A DNA stretch of 64,000 nucleotides from Elusimicrobiota bacterium (GTDB lineage Bacteria > Elusimicrobiota > Elusimicrobia > Elusimicrobiales > UBA9959), in the NCBI GenBank assembly GCA_016234365.1, contig JACRER010000031.1, forward strand, positions 9,729 to 73,728, written 5' to 3'. The translations under genes and the position numbers were made by a program. The notes below the pieces were generated by a model. It did not search any database, was not told the origin of the DNA, and saw only the letters and a program-made list of their open reading frames with translations. Shown piece after piece: positions 17,015 through 25,030 of this stretch. Each line of letters starts with the position of its first letter. Within the stretch, counting starts at the first letter, position 1.

Positions 17015-18772
17015 ATGATCAAGAAGTGGGACGTGGCCCCGGCGCCTAACGAAAAGAACCCGGGCCGGCATAAACTGGCGATAAAAGGGGAGATGAAGGA
17101 CATCTTCCTGATAGTCAAGAACATGGGCAGCATCTGTTCGCGGCCCGAGAAGACCGCCGGCGATTTTGACTTCATCATCTACCTCTCCAAACTGGAGATG
17201 GATACGATGAAGAAGCTGAAAACGGTGATGACGGACCTCAGCACCGCGGCCCCCGAGGCCGACACTTTTGGCGACGAGCCGGCCCCGTTCGCCGCGCCCA
17301 CCCCCAAGCTTAAGATAGAACCCCAGGCCGCGCCCAAGGCGCAGCCTGCCCCGCAGGCGGCCCCTCAGCCGGCACCCCGGCCCGCCGCCGCTCCCGCTCC
17401 TGCCCCGGCTCCGGCCCCCGCCCCCGCGGCGCAGCAGCCGCCTGTAATCCCCGCAGGGCGCAGCACGTCCGGCATGGGCCTGCCTTCGCAGGCCGTTAAG
17501 AAGAAAGAGGACGCCCCCATCCCCGTGGCGCCGGTCCCGGCCGCCGTGGCCGCGGCCCCCTCGGCGTCGTCGCGCATAAAAGCCAAGTGGTCGATGGAGC
17601 TGCCGCTTATTCCTACGTACAGCTTCCAGACGCTGATAGCCGGTTCCCATAACCGCTTTGCGCACGCGGCCGCCATGGCCGTGGTGGAGAACCCCGGCGT
17701 GATCTACAACCCGCTGCTGCTGTTCGGCACGCCCGGCACCGGCAAGACGCATTTTGTGAACGCCATCTCCTACGGCCTCTCCGCCTCCATCGGGCAGAGC
17801 AACATCTTCGTCACGGACGGCATCAAGCTGTCGCGCGGCATAGAGCTGGCCGTCAAGGAGAACGCCATCCCCTGGCTGGAGGGCCTGCTGGCCAAGGCCA
17901 AGGTGCTCATCATAGACGACGTGCACCTGCTGATGGTCTCCGAAGTGAACAAGAAGTACCTGACCAAGTGGCTCAACGACTTCGTGGCGCAGAACAAGCA
18001 GATCGTGGTAACTTCCGTCTTCCCGCCCAAGTCGCTGTCCGGCCTGGAGGACGCGGTAGGCTTCCAGTTCACGCAGGGCTGGATGGTGGACCTTAAGATG
18101 CCTAACGCTCAGGCCTACAAGTCCATACTGCAGCAGCTGCTGCAGGGCCTGGACATCAAGCTCTCCGACGAGGATATCTCCGCCATCTTCGCCGCCGGGC
18201 CTATGCCGTTCGGCGACGCGGTAAAGACCATGGAGGATATGCGCAAACTGGAGAAGTTCCTGGTGAACTCCAACAACAACCTTTCGCACGCGCAGTTGCT
18301 GGATATGCTGCTGGGCAGCGGGGATGTGCTGGACCCCTCTCCGGTCACCGAGCCCGAGGCGCAGCAGTCCGCCACCTGGCAGCCGGCCAAAAAAGACGCC
18401 TGGTTCAAGTGGGGCATGTTCTATCCCAAGGGCATGCGCCGCGAGGCCGAGTACGCGCTTTATTGCCTGCATGAACGCTCCAAGGAACTGGGGCTTAACA
18501 CGGACTGGAGCCAGGTCTTCCTGGAAGAGTACAACTCCGACGAGCTTTACGGGATCCCGTTCCATATAGGCAACCTGGCCACGGAGCGGGGCGTAAACGG
18601 CGCCATAGTGCTGGGGCCGCAGCCCACCTCGGCGCTGGGCGCGCAGGAGGCGGAGTTCCGCCACATCGCCTTCAAGATACTGGACAGCTACCTGGTGAAG
18701 GGCGCGTGGCTGCCCCTGAGCCGGCTTAAGTCCAAGGCCGCTTACGCTAAAATACTGATGGACCTGGTGTAG
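17015..18772 (+). CDS. DnaA-clade AAA+ ATPase-like protein lacking DnaA domain IV
   Basis: SHNRFAHAAAMAVVENPGVIYNPLLLFGTPGTGKTH (Walker A), VLIIDDVHLL (Walker B) and KQIVVTSVFPPKSL closely parallel DnaA domain III. The N-terminal 75-aa domain and Pro/Ala linker have no DnaA counterpart. Confidence 0.7.
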   Translation: MIKKWDVAPAPNEKNPGRHKLAIKGEMKDIFLIVKNMGSICSRPEKTAGDFDFIIYLSKLEMDTMKKLKTVMTDLSTAAPEADTFGDEPAPFAAPTPKLKIEPQAAPKAQPAPQAAPQPAPRPAAAPAPAPAPAPAPAAQQPPVIPAGRSTSGMGLPSQAVKKKEDAPIPVAPVPAAVAAAPSASSRIKAKWSMELPLIPTYSFQTLIAGSHNRFAHAAAMAVVENPGVIYNPLLLFGTPGTGKTHFVNAISYGLSASIGQSNIFVTDGIKLSRGIELAVKENAIPWLEGLLAKAKVLIIDDVHLLMVSEVNKKYLTKWLNDFVAQNKQIVVTSVFPPKSLSGLEDAVGFQFTQGWMVDLKMPNAQAYKSILQQLLQGLDIKLSDEDISAIFAAGPMPFGDAVKTMEDMRKLEKFLVNSNNNLSHAQLLDMLLGSGDVLDPSPVTEPEAQQSATWQPAKKDAWFKWGMFYPKGMRREAEYALYCLHERSKELGLNTDWSQVFLEEYNSDELYGIPFHIGNLATERGVNGAIVLGPQPTSALGAQEAEFRHIAFKILDSYLVKGAWLPLSRLKSKAAYAKILMDLV

Positions 18773-18775
18773 AAG

Positions 18776-20701
18776 ATGCTCAACGAACTTATAGGGGCCG
18801 GCGCGCTTGGCGCCGCGGGCGCTTTCGGCGCCTACTGGTACCTGAAATTCAGGGCCGTACTGCCTATAGAAAGCCGCCTGCGCGCCGCGCAGAAGTCCTT
18901 TGCGGATTTTACGTCCTTCACCCGCGAGACCATGGAGCGCGCCTACGCGCCGGAGCACCCGGAGCATTACGGCGACATCACCAACTACTACCTTATCAAA
19001 CTGCACAAGGTCTTCCCGGACAGCTCCATGCTGGTCTTCGAGAAGGGGCCGGGCCAGTGGAAACTGGTCAACTACCTCAAGCACTTCAAGGTGGAACCCA
19101 AGCTGCTCACCTCCTACAAATGGAGCGCGTTCGACCGCAGCTCCGCCGAGGGCGAACTGCTGCGCTTCGACGACTTCCGCGCCGGGGACTACCAGGGCGT
19201 GGAGGAACTGTTCTCGGTTTTCGACGTCCGGGCCGTGCTGATGTGCCCGTTCAAACCCGCCGGCGGCGCTGCCGAGCGGCTGGTGGTTTTCGGCGCGGCT
19301 TCGCCCGCGTCCTTCGAGGCGGCGCAGCCGTACCTGCGCTTCGTCACCGGCCAGCTCTCCTCCATTTCCAAGGTGTCGGATAAGGTGTTTACGCTGCGCA
19401 AGGAGACGGAGCACCTTAAGAGCGAGGTCAGCGCCGTGGTGAAGGAGCTGGACGTGGCCGGCTCGCGGCTTATCCAGCGCGCCCGCGAACGCAAGGCGCT
19501 TTACGAAGTGGTCACCAAGGCCGCCGGCCCTGGCGGCGACGCGCAGAACGGCTGCTCGGCCATTCTCAATATCGTAGCCAAGATGGTGGAGGCCGACGTG
19601 GTGGCCTGCCTGCTCTTCGACGAATCCAAAGGCGAGCTGGTGGTGAGCCCCGGCGCGTACGGCATAAAGGACGAGGACCGCATGCTCTACAGCATCCCGG
19701 TCTCCAACCAGGCCAGCGCCTCCGTGCGCACCTTCCTGGGCCGCAAGCCGTTCATAACCGCCGACGCGCAGAACGACCCCGACGTGCTGGCGCGCTACGC
19801 CAAGCTCTGGGAGATCCACTCCCTGATGATAGTGCCTATCTCGCTGCACGACCGCATCATAGGCGTGATGCGCGTGGGCAGCAAGCGGGCGGATTTCTTT
19901 ACGCCCGACCAGCTGGAGTTCCTGTCCATCATCGCCGACGAGCTGGCCATCATCATAGAGATGTTCTCGCTTTACGAGAACCTTTCCAGCACCGCGCAGG
20001 AGCTGGCGCAGCTCAATAAGATCAAGGACGAGTTCCTCTCCACCGTCAGCCACGAACTGAAGACGCCCCTGACCACCATAAAGGGCTTCGTGTCCGTTAT
20101 CCTCAGCGGCGAGGTGGGGCCGCTCAACGAGCAGCAGCACAATTTCCTTACGGTCACGGACCAGTCCGTGAACCGCCTGACGCACCTGATCTCCAACCTG
20201 CTGGACCTGTCGCGCCTTAACGGCAAGGTGGAGATGGAATTCCAGAAAGTGGACCTGGCCGAGCTGGTGCGCGCCTCCGTTTCCGCGATGCTGCTTAAAG
20301 CGCGCGAAGGCAACGTGACGCTTTCCAGCGCGGTGGCCAAGGGCCTGCCGGCCGTGAAGGCGGATACTCGCTGGATAGGCCAGGTCATAGACAACCTGCT
20401 TATCAACGCCATAAAGTACGCCGGCAAGGGCGCCAAGGTGAACGTCAGCGGCACCGATAAGGGCGAGGCCATAGTTATCTGCGTGGAGGACAACGGCCCC
20501 GGCATACCGCCTGAGGAACAGAAGATGGTCTTCGACAAGTTCTACCGCGGCAAGGCCAGCGCCAACCAGGTACCCGGCACGGGGCTGGGCCTGGCCATCT
20601 CCAAGTCGGTGGTGGAAAAGCACGGCGGCAAGATCTGGGTGGAATCCAAGGTGGGCCACGGCGCGCGGTTCTGCTTCGCGCTGCCGGTGGCTAAAAATTA
20701 A
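18776..20701 (+). CDS. Sensor histidine kinase with GAF domain
   Basis: N-terminal TM helix, a GAF-like region (VACLLFDE..GELVV...SLMIVPISLHDRIIGVMRVG), HisKA H-box FLSTVSHELKTPLTTIKG, and HATPase_c N/G1/G2 boxes (NLLINAIKY, DNGPGI, GTGLGLAI). Confidence 0.85.
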   Translation: MLNELIGAGALGAAGAFGAYWYLKFRAVLPIESRLRAAQKSFADFTSFTRETMERAYAPEHPEHYGDITNYYLIKLHKVFPDSSMLVFEKGPGQWKLVNYLKHFKVEPKLLTSYKWSAFDRSSAEGELLRFDDFRAGDYQGVEELFSVFDVRAVLMCPFKPAGGAAERLVVFGAASPASFEAAQPYLRFVTGQLSSISKVSDKVFTLRKETEHLKSEVSAVVKELDVAGSRLIQRARERKALYEVVTKAAGPGGDAQNGCSAILNIVAKMVEADVVACLLFDESKGELVVSPGAYGIKDEDRMLYSIPVSNQASASVRTFLGRKPFITADAQNDPDVLARYAKLWEIHSLMIVPISLHDRIIGVMRVGSKRADFFTPDQLEFLSIIADELAIIIEMFSLYENLSSTAQELAQLNKIKDEFLSTVSHELKTPLTTIKGFVSVILSGEVGPLNEQQHNFLTVTDQSVNRLTHLISNLLDLSRLNGKVEMEFQKVDLAELVRASVSAMLLKAREGNVTLSSAVAKGLPAVKADTRWIGQVIDNLLINAIKYAGKGAKVNVSGTDKGEAIVICVEDNGPGIPPEEQKMVFDKFYRGKASANQVPGTGLGLAISKSVVEKHGGKIWVESKVGHGARFCFALPVAKN

Positions 20702-20741
20702 GTAAGGCGCCCTGGGCCTATTTTCAGCGAGGGGGACGGAT

Positions 20742-21839
20742 ATGAAGAATTCCTTGAAAGCCTGTTTAGCGGCGGTGCTCCTGGCAGGCTGCGCCGGAGC
20801 CCCGGCGCGCAACCCCGCCAAGGCCCCGCCCGCCCAACTGCAGGCCGAGGGCGTGACCGCGCTTAACCTCCGCGACCTGGGGGCATCGCGCGCCGCGGCC
20901 GTGCTGGATGCGGAGCGCGCGGCGGTATCGCGCACCGCCGAGCTGTTCCTGGACGACGAGGCCTGGGCGGAGAAGTTTTCCGCCGTGGAGGCCGGCCTGC
21001 TTAAGGCGCCTAACCTTTACGTCTCCAAATACAAGATCCTTTCCGAGGGCGCCGACGGCGCCTTCTACCGCGTGCGCCTGAACGTCTGGGTGCAGCACGC
21101 CCGCGTGGGCGCGGAACTGCGCGCCCTCAAACTTGCCGGGCCCGCCGCCGCCGGGCCCCGCGCGGCCTTTGCGCTGCGCGGCCCCGCCGCTCCCGCATTC
21201 GCCGCCGCGTTCAAGGAGGCTTTCACGCGCCGCGCCTCCGCGGTAATAGAGGATTTCCCGTTCGCGGCCGACCAGGCCCTGCTGGCCGGTTCCGACGAAG
21301 GATTGGCGGCCGCCGCCTCCGCCGCCGGGGCCGACCTGCTGATCACGGCCTCGGCATCCGCGTCCGCGGCCGGCGCCGGCCTTAACACCGGCTTTTTCCC
21401 GTCCAAGGCCGACGCTTCCGTTAAGGTTTACGAACTGCCGGGCGGGCGGCTGCTCGCCGACGCTTCCAACCAGGCCAATGGCATAGATTCCAGCGAGGCG
21501 GCCTCCTTCGCCAAGGCGCTTGGTTCCGCCGGAGAACTGCTGGCGCAGGAAACCGCTTCCAAAGTTTCCCGCTCGCTTAAGCAGGCCGCCCCGGTAAAAC
21601 TTAAATTTCTCGGTTTCGAGACGCTGGAAGCGGTGGAGAAACTCCGCGCCCAGCTCAATAAGCTCGACGCCCGCGGCCTGCGGCTGGAGAATTACGACGG
21701 CGCCGCCGCCGTCTTCCAGTGCGTACCCCGCCGCCCCGACCCGCAGGAGTTCGCGAGCACCGTGCTGCGCGGCGACTCCCTGGGGTTGGAACTCGAGGGG
21801 GTAGGCCCTCAGGAGATAGTTTTCTCGCTGCCGAGGTAG
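20742..21839 (+). CDS. Lipoprotein, LPP20/FlgT-like N-terminal region (hypothetical)
   Basis: Lipobox LLAGC. Ala-rich, with no enzymatic motifs. Confidence 0.55.
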   Translation: MKNSLKACLAAVLLAGCAGAPARNPAKAPPAQLQAEGVTALNLRDLGASRAAAVLDAERAAVSRTAELFLDDEAWAEKFSAVEAGLLKAPNLYVSKYKILSEGADGAFYRVRLNVWVQHARVGAELRALKLAGPAAAGPRAAFALRGPAAPAFAAAFKEAFTRRASAVIEDFPFAADQALLAGSDEGLAAAASAAGADLLITASASASAAGAGLNTGFFPSKADASVKVYELPGGRLLADASNQANGIDSSEAASFAKALGSAGELLAQETASKVSRSLKQAAPVKLKFLGFETLEAVEKLRAQLNKLDARGLRLENYDGAAAVFQCVPRRPDPQEFASTVLRGDSLGLELEGVGPQEIVFSLPR

Positions 21840-21842
21840 GTC

Positions 21843-22451
21843 ATGCGTAAAACTGCGCTGGCGTTAGCGGCCTGCCTGGCGGCCGCCGGGTGCGCGGAGA
21901 GATCCGTGTACGTGGTGGCGCCGGCCATGCGCGCGGCTCCGGACGCCAGGGTGGCGGTGCTGCCTTTCGACAACCAGAGCACCGACGTTTCCGCGGACGA
22001 GATACTGCGCAAACTGGCGGAGGAAGGGCTGGCAAAGCGCGGCTACGCGCCGCTGCCCGCCGAAGAAGTGGACTCCAAACTTTCCGCTTTGGGCGTGTCG
22101 GAGGGCGGGCAGCTGGCCGCGGTAAAACCGGCGGACCTTGGCAAGGCCCTGGGGACGGACCTGCTCTTTTACGGCGACGTGGAGGAGTTCTCGTTCCAGA
22201 ACCTTGGTTTTGTGGTCAAGAAATCTGTGAAACTCAGGGTGCGGGTGCTCTCGGCGGCTACCGGCGAAACTCTTTACGAGGGCAACGGCTCCGGGCGGGA
22301 CGTAAAAGTGTTCCTGAACCGCGACGAGGCCCGGGCCGCCTTTGTGGAACAGATGGCGGTGAAACTGGTGCAGAACATCCTTAAGACGCCGCTCAAGAAG
22401 GAAGCTGAAACGGCAGCGTGGAAAGCCCTGGACGGGCTGCCCCGGCGTTAA
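21843..22451 (+). CDS. Lipoprotein, DUF799/GNA1162-like (hypothetical)
   Basis: Lipobox AAAGC. The pattern RVAVLPFDNQS......EILRKL....L.KRGY resembles lipoproteins that accompany CsgG-family genes. Confidence 0.5.
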   Translation: MRKTALALAACLAAAGCAERSVYVVAPAMRAAPDARVAVLPFDNQSTDVSADEILRKLAEEGLAKRGYAPLPAEEVDSKLSALGVSEGGQLAAVKPADLGKALGTDLLFYGDVEEFSFQNLGFVVKKSVKLRVRVLSAATGETLYEGNGSGRDVKVFLNRDEARAAFVEQMAVKLVQNILKTPLKKEAETAAWKALDGLPRR

Positions 22452-22478
22452 GGTCCAGCGCAAGACAGGAGGAGAATA

Positions 22479-23414
22479 ATGAATAAACTTAAACTCATAG
22501 CGGCCGCGGCGTTCTTTGCGGCGGCCTGCCACCCGGCCAAGACGGTGAAGCAGCAGCAGGCCGTAAGCGTGGATGAGACCGAAAAGGTGACGTCCAAGTA
22601 TACCGGCCCCAAGCGCCGCATAGGCGTGGTGGAGTTCGAGAATAAATCCGCCTACGGGCAGGGCCGCCTGGGCACCGCCGCTTCCGACATCCTGGTGACC
22701 GAACTGGTGAAGTCCGGCAAATTCATAGTGGTGGAGCGCGACCGCCTGAACAAGGTGATGGAGGAACAGAAGTTCCAGGCCCAGGGCATGACCGATCCCC
22801 AGACCGTGGCCAAGATAGGCCAGGTAATGGGGCTTGAGGCCATAGTGGTGGGCTCCGTCTCCCAGTTCGGCGTAAAGAAGGACGGGGCCGACTATCTTAT
22901 AACCCAGTCCAAGCGCCAGGTGGCCGACGTGACCGTGGATATCCGCCTTATAGACGTGCAGAGCGGCCAGGTGATCATGGCCGATTCCGGCAAGGGCATG
23001 GCCAAGAGCACCAAGGCCTCTTTCCTGGGCATGGGCACCAAGGGCGGCTACGACGAGACGCTCGAGGGCGAGGCGCTGCGCGCGGCACTCGTGCAGTTCG
23101 TCACTAATATAGCCAGCCAGCTCAACAAGAAGCCCTGGTCGTGCATGATAGCCGCCTCGGCGCAGGACCAGCTTTACCTCAACGCCGGAGACGATTCCGG
23201 CGTGAAAGAGGGGATGAAACTGGACTGCTTCCGGCAGGGCGCCGAGATCCGCGACCCCCGGTCCAATCTGGTGATAGGCCACGTGGAGGATTACCTGGGA
23301 CGCGCCGAAGTGACCGGGCCCTGCGGAGATTCCGGGGACTGCGCCAAAGCGCAGTTCACCAAGTCCTCGGGCGGTTCCGCCAAAGCCGGCGATATCTGCC
23401 GGCTGGCCAAATAG
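22479..23414 (+). CDS. CsgG-family outer-membrane lipoprotein with extra C-terminal beta domain
   Basis: Lipobox FAAAC. RRIGVVEFENKSAYGQGRLGTAASDILVTELVKSGKFIVVERDRLNKVMEEQKFQ matches the CsgG core signature. Confidence 0.75.
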   Translation: MNKLKLIAAAAFFAAACHPAKTVKQQQAVSVDETEKVTSKYTGPKRRIGVVEFENKSAYGQGRLGTAASDILVTELVKSGKFIVVERDRLNKVMEEQKFQAQGMTDPQTVAKIGQVMGLEAIVVGSVSQFGVKKDGADYLITQSKRQVADVTVDIRLIDVQSGQVIMADSGKGMAKSTKASFLGMGTKGGYDETLEGEALRAALVQFVTNIASQLNKKPWSCMIAASAQDQLYLNAGDDSGVKEGMKLDCFRQGAEIRDPRSNLVIGHVEDYLGRAEVTGPCGDSGDCAKAQFTKSSGGSAKAGDICRLAK

Positions 23415-23432
23415 GCGTTTCTGGCGCCGCAG

Positions 23433-23460
23433 GCAACCCGACACTACGCTGTCGGGTTGC
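23433..23460 (+). terminator. 10-bp stem-loop after the CsgG-like gene (probable terminator, weak T-tract)
   Basis: GCAACCCGAC-actacgct-GTCGGGTTGC followed by TCTGCTAT. Confidence 0.5.
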
Positions 23461-23477
23461 TCTGCTATACTGAATTC

Positions 23478-25013
23478 ATGCTGTCGAAGCTGCGCACATT
23501 GTGCCTTAAGGGCATAGACGGACGGGAGGTGAGCGCCGAGGTCTACATAGCCCCGGGCCTGCCCTCTTACACCGTTGTCGGCCTGCCGGACGCCGCCGTA
23601 AAAGAGGCCAAGGACCGCGTAGTGGCCGCCGTGCGCAACTCCGGCTGCGATTTCCCTTCCAAACGCATCACCGTCAACCTCGCTCCCGCTGAGATAAAAA
23701 AAGCCGGTACCCACTTCGACCTGCCCATAGCGCTGGGCGTGCTGGCCGCGGCCGGCAAGTTCGGTAAAAAGGCCCCGGCGCGGCTGGGGGAGACTTTCTT
23801 TATAGGAGAACTGGCGCTGGACGGAACGCTGCGGCCCGTGGCGGGCGTGCTGCCCATGCTGCTGGCCATTAAAGGCACCGGTGCAACGGCCGTGGTGCCA
23901 GCCGGCAACGCGGCCGAGGCCGCCGTTTCCGGAGTGAAGTGCCTGGCGGCCGCCAGCCTTAAAGATGCGGCGGACTGGATAGCCGGCGCCACCGAGCTTG
24001 GCCCCTGCCTTTCCCCGGCGGCTGGCGCCCCCGCGGCCCGTCCTTCACGGGACCTGGCCGAGGTAAAGGGGCAGGCCTTTGCCAAGCGCGCGCTCGAGAT
24101 AGCCGCTGCGGGTTTCCATAATATCCTCCTTGTAGGGCCTCCCGGCACGGGTAAAAGCATGCTGGCGCGCCGCTTCTCCACGCTGCTGCCGCCCATGACT
24201 TTCGACGAGTCGCTTGAGACCACCAAGTTATATTCCGTCAGCGGCCTGTCCGCCGCCGGGCGGCTGCTGCATGAGCGGCCTTTCCGCGAGCCGCACCATA
24301 CCATTTCGGACGCGGCTCTAATAGGCGGCGGCTCCTCCCCGCGGCCAGGCGAGGTTTCGCTGGCGCACAACGGCGTACTGTTCCTAGACGAGTTCCCGGA
24401 GTTCTCGCGGCCGGCCATAGAGGCGCTGCGCGAGCCGCTGGAAGCCTGGCAGGTTACCGTGGCGCGCGTGCGCGAAAGCGTGGCCTACCCGGCGCGCTTC
24501 CTGCTGGTGGCGGCCATGAACCCGTGCCCGTGCGGCTACCTGGGCCACCCCACGCGGGAGTGCTCCTGCACGCCCCTGCAGGTGCAGAAGTACCGCGCCC
24601 GGGTTTCCGGCCCTATACTGGACCGGATAGACCTGCACGTTCAGCTTTCGGCGGTAAAATATGCGGACTGGGAAGCCCTGCCCGACGGGGAGCCGTCCGC
24701 GGCGGTGGCGGCGCGCGTGAGCCGCGCCATGGAGACGCAGCGCCGGAGGTTCTCGGGGATCACGCGGGCCAACGCCTTTATGTCAGGGGTGGACCTGCGC
24801 AAACATTGCGCCCTGCCAGAAGGCGCGTCGGCGGTGCTGGAGACGGCCATGAACCGGCTGGGCTTCTCCGCCCGTTCCCTGGATAAAATTTTAAAGATCT
24901 CGCGCACCATAGCGGACCTCGAAGGGGCCGCGGACATAAAGCGCGAGCATGTGACGGAGGCGGTGCAGTACAGGATGCTGGATAAGGCGGCGGAACTGTC
25001 CGCCGCGATCTGA
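23478..25013 (+). CDS. comM: YifB/ComM family Mg-chelatase-like AAA+ ATPase
   Basis: N-terminal Lon-like domain (GLPSYTVVGLPDAAVKEAKDRV), Walker A GPPGTGKS, and the C-terminal ChlI region. Confidence 0.9.
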   Translation: MLSKLRTLCLKGIDGREVSAEVYIAPGLPSYTVVGLPDAAVKEAKDRVVAAVRNSGCDFPSKRITVNLAPAEIKKAGTHFDLPIALGVLAAAGKFGKKAPARLGETFFIGELALDGTLRPVAGVLPMLLAIKGTGATAVVPAGNAAEAAVSGVKCLAAASLKDAADWIAGATELGPCLSPAAGAPAARPSRDLAEVKGQAFAKRALEIAAAGFHNILLVGPPGTGKSMLARRFSTLLPPMTFDESLETTKLYSVSGLSAAGRLLHERPFREPHHTISDAALIGGGSSPRPGEVSLAHNGVLFLDEFPEFSRPAIEALREPLEAWQVTVARVRESVAYPARFLLVAAMNPCPCGYLGHPTRECSCTPLQVQKYRARVSGPILDRIDLHVQLSAVKYADWEALPDGEPSAAVAARVSRAMETQRRRFSGITRANAFMSGVDLRKHCALPEGASAVLETAMNRLGFSARSLDKILKISRTIADLEGAADIKREHVTEAVQYRMLDKAAELSAAI

Positions 25014-25030
25014 GAGCTACGGAGGAACAA

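Noticed and set aside
16745-20935. 1396-aa ORF on the minus strand opposite the DnaA-like and GAF-kinase genes
   Set aside because: Same codon-aligned antisense artefact: the sense starts 17015 and 18776 are both congruent to 2 mod 3. The composition is Arg/Gly/Leu/His-rich and without motifs.
20742-23414. Curli (csg) operon
   Set aside because: Only the CsgG-family component is present. There are no CsgA/B amyloid subunits or CsgE/F accessory genes, and the partner genes are DUF799/LPP20-like lipoproteins.
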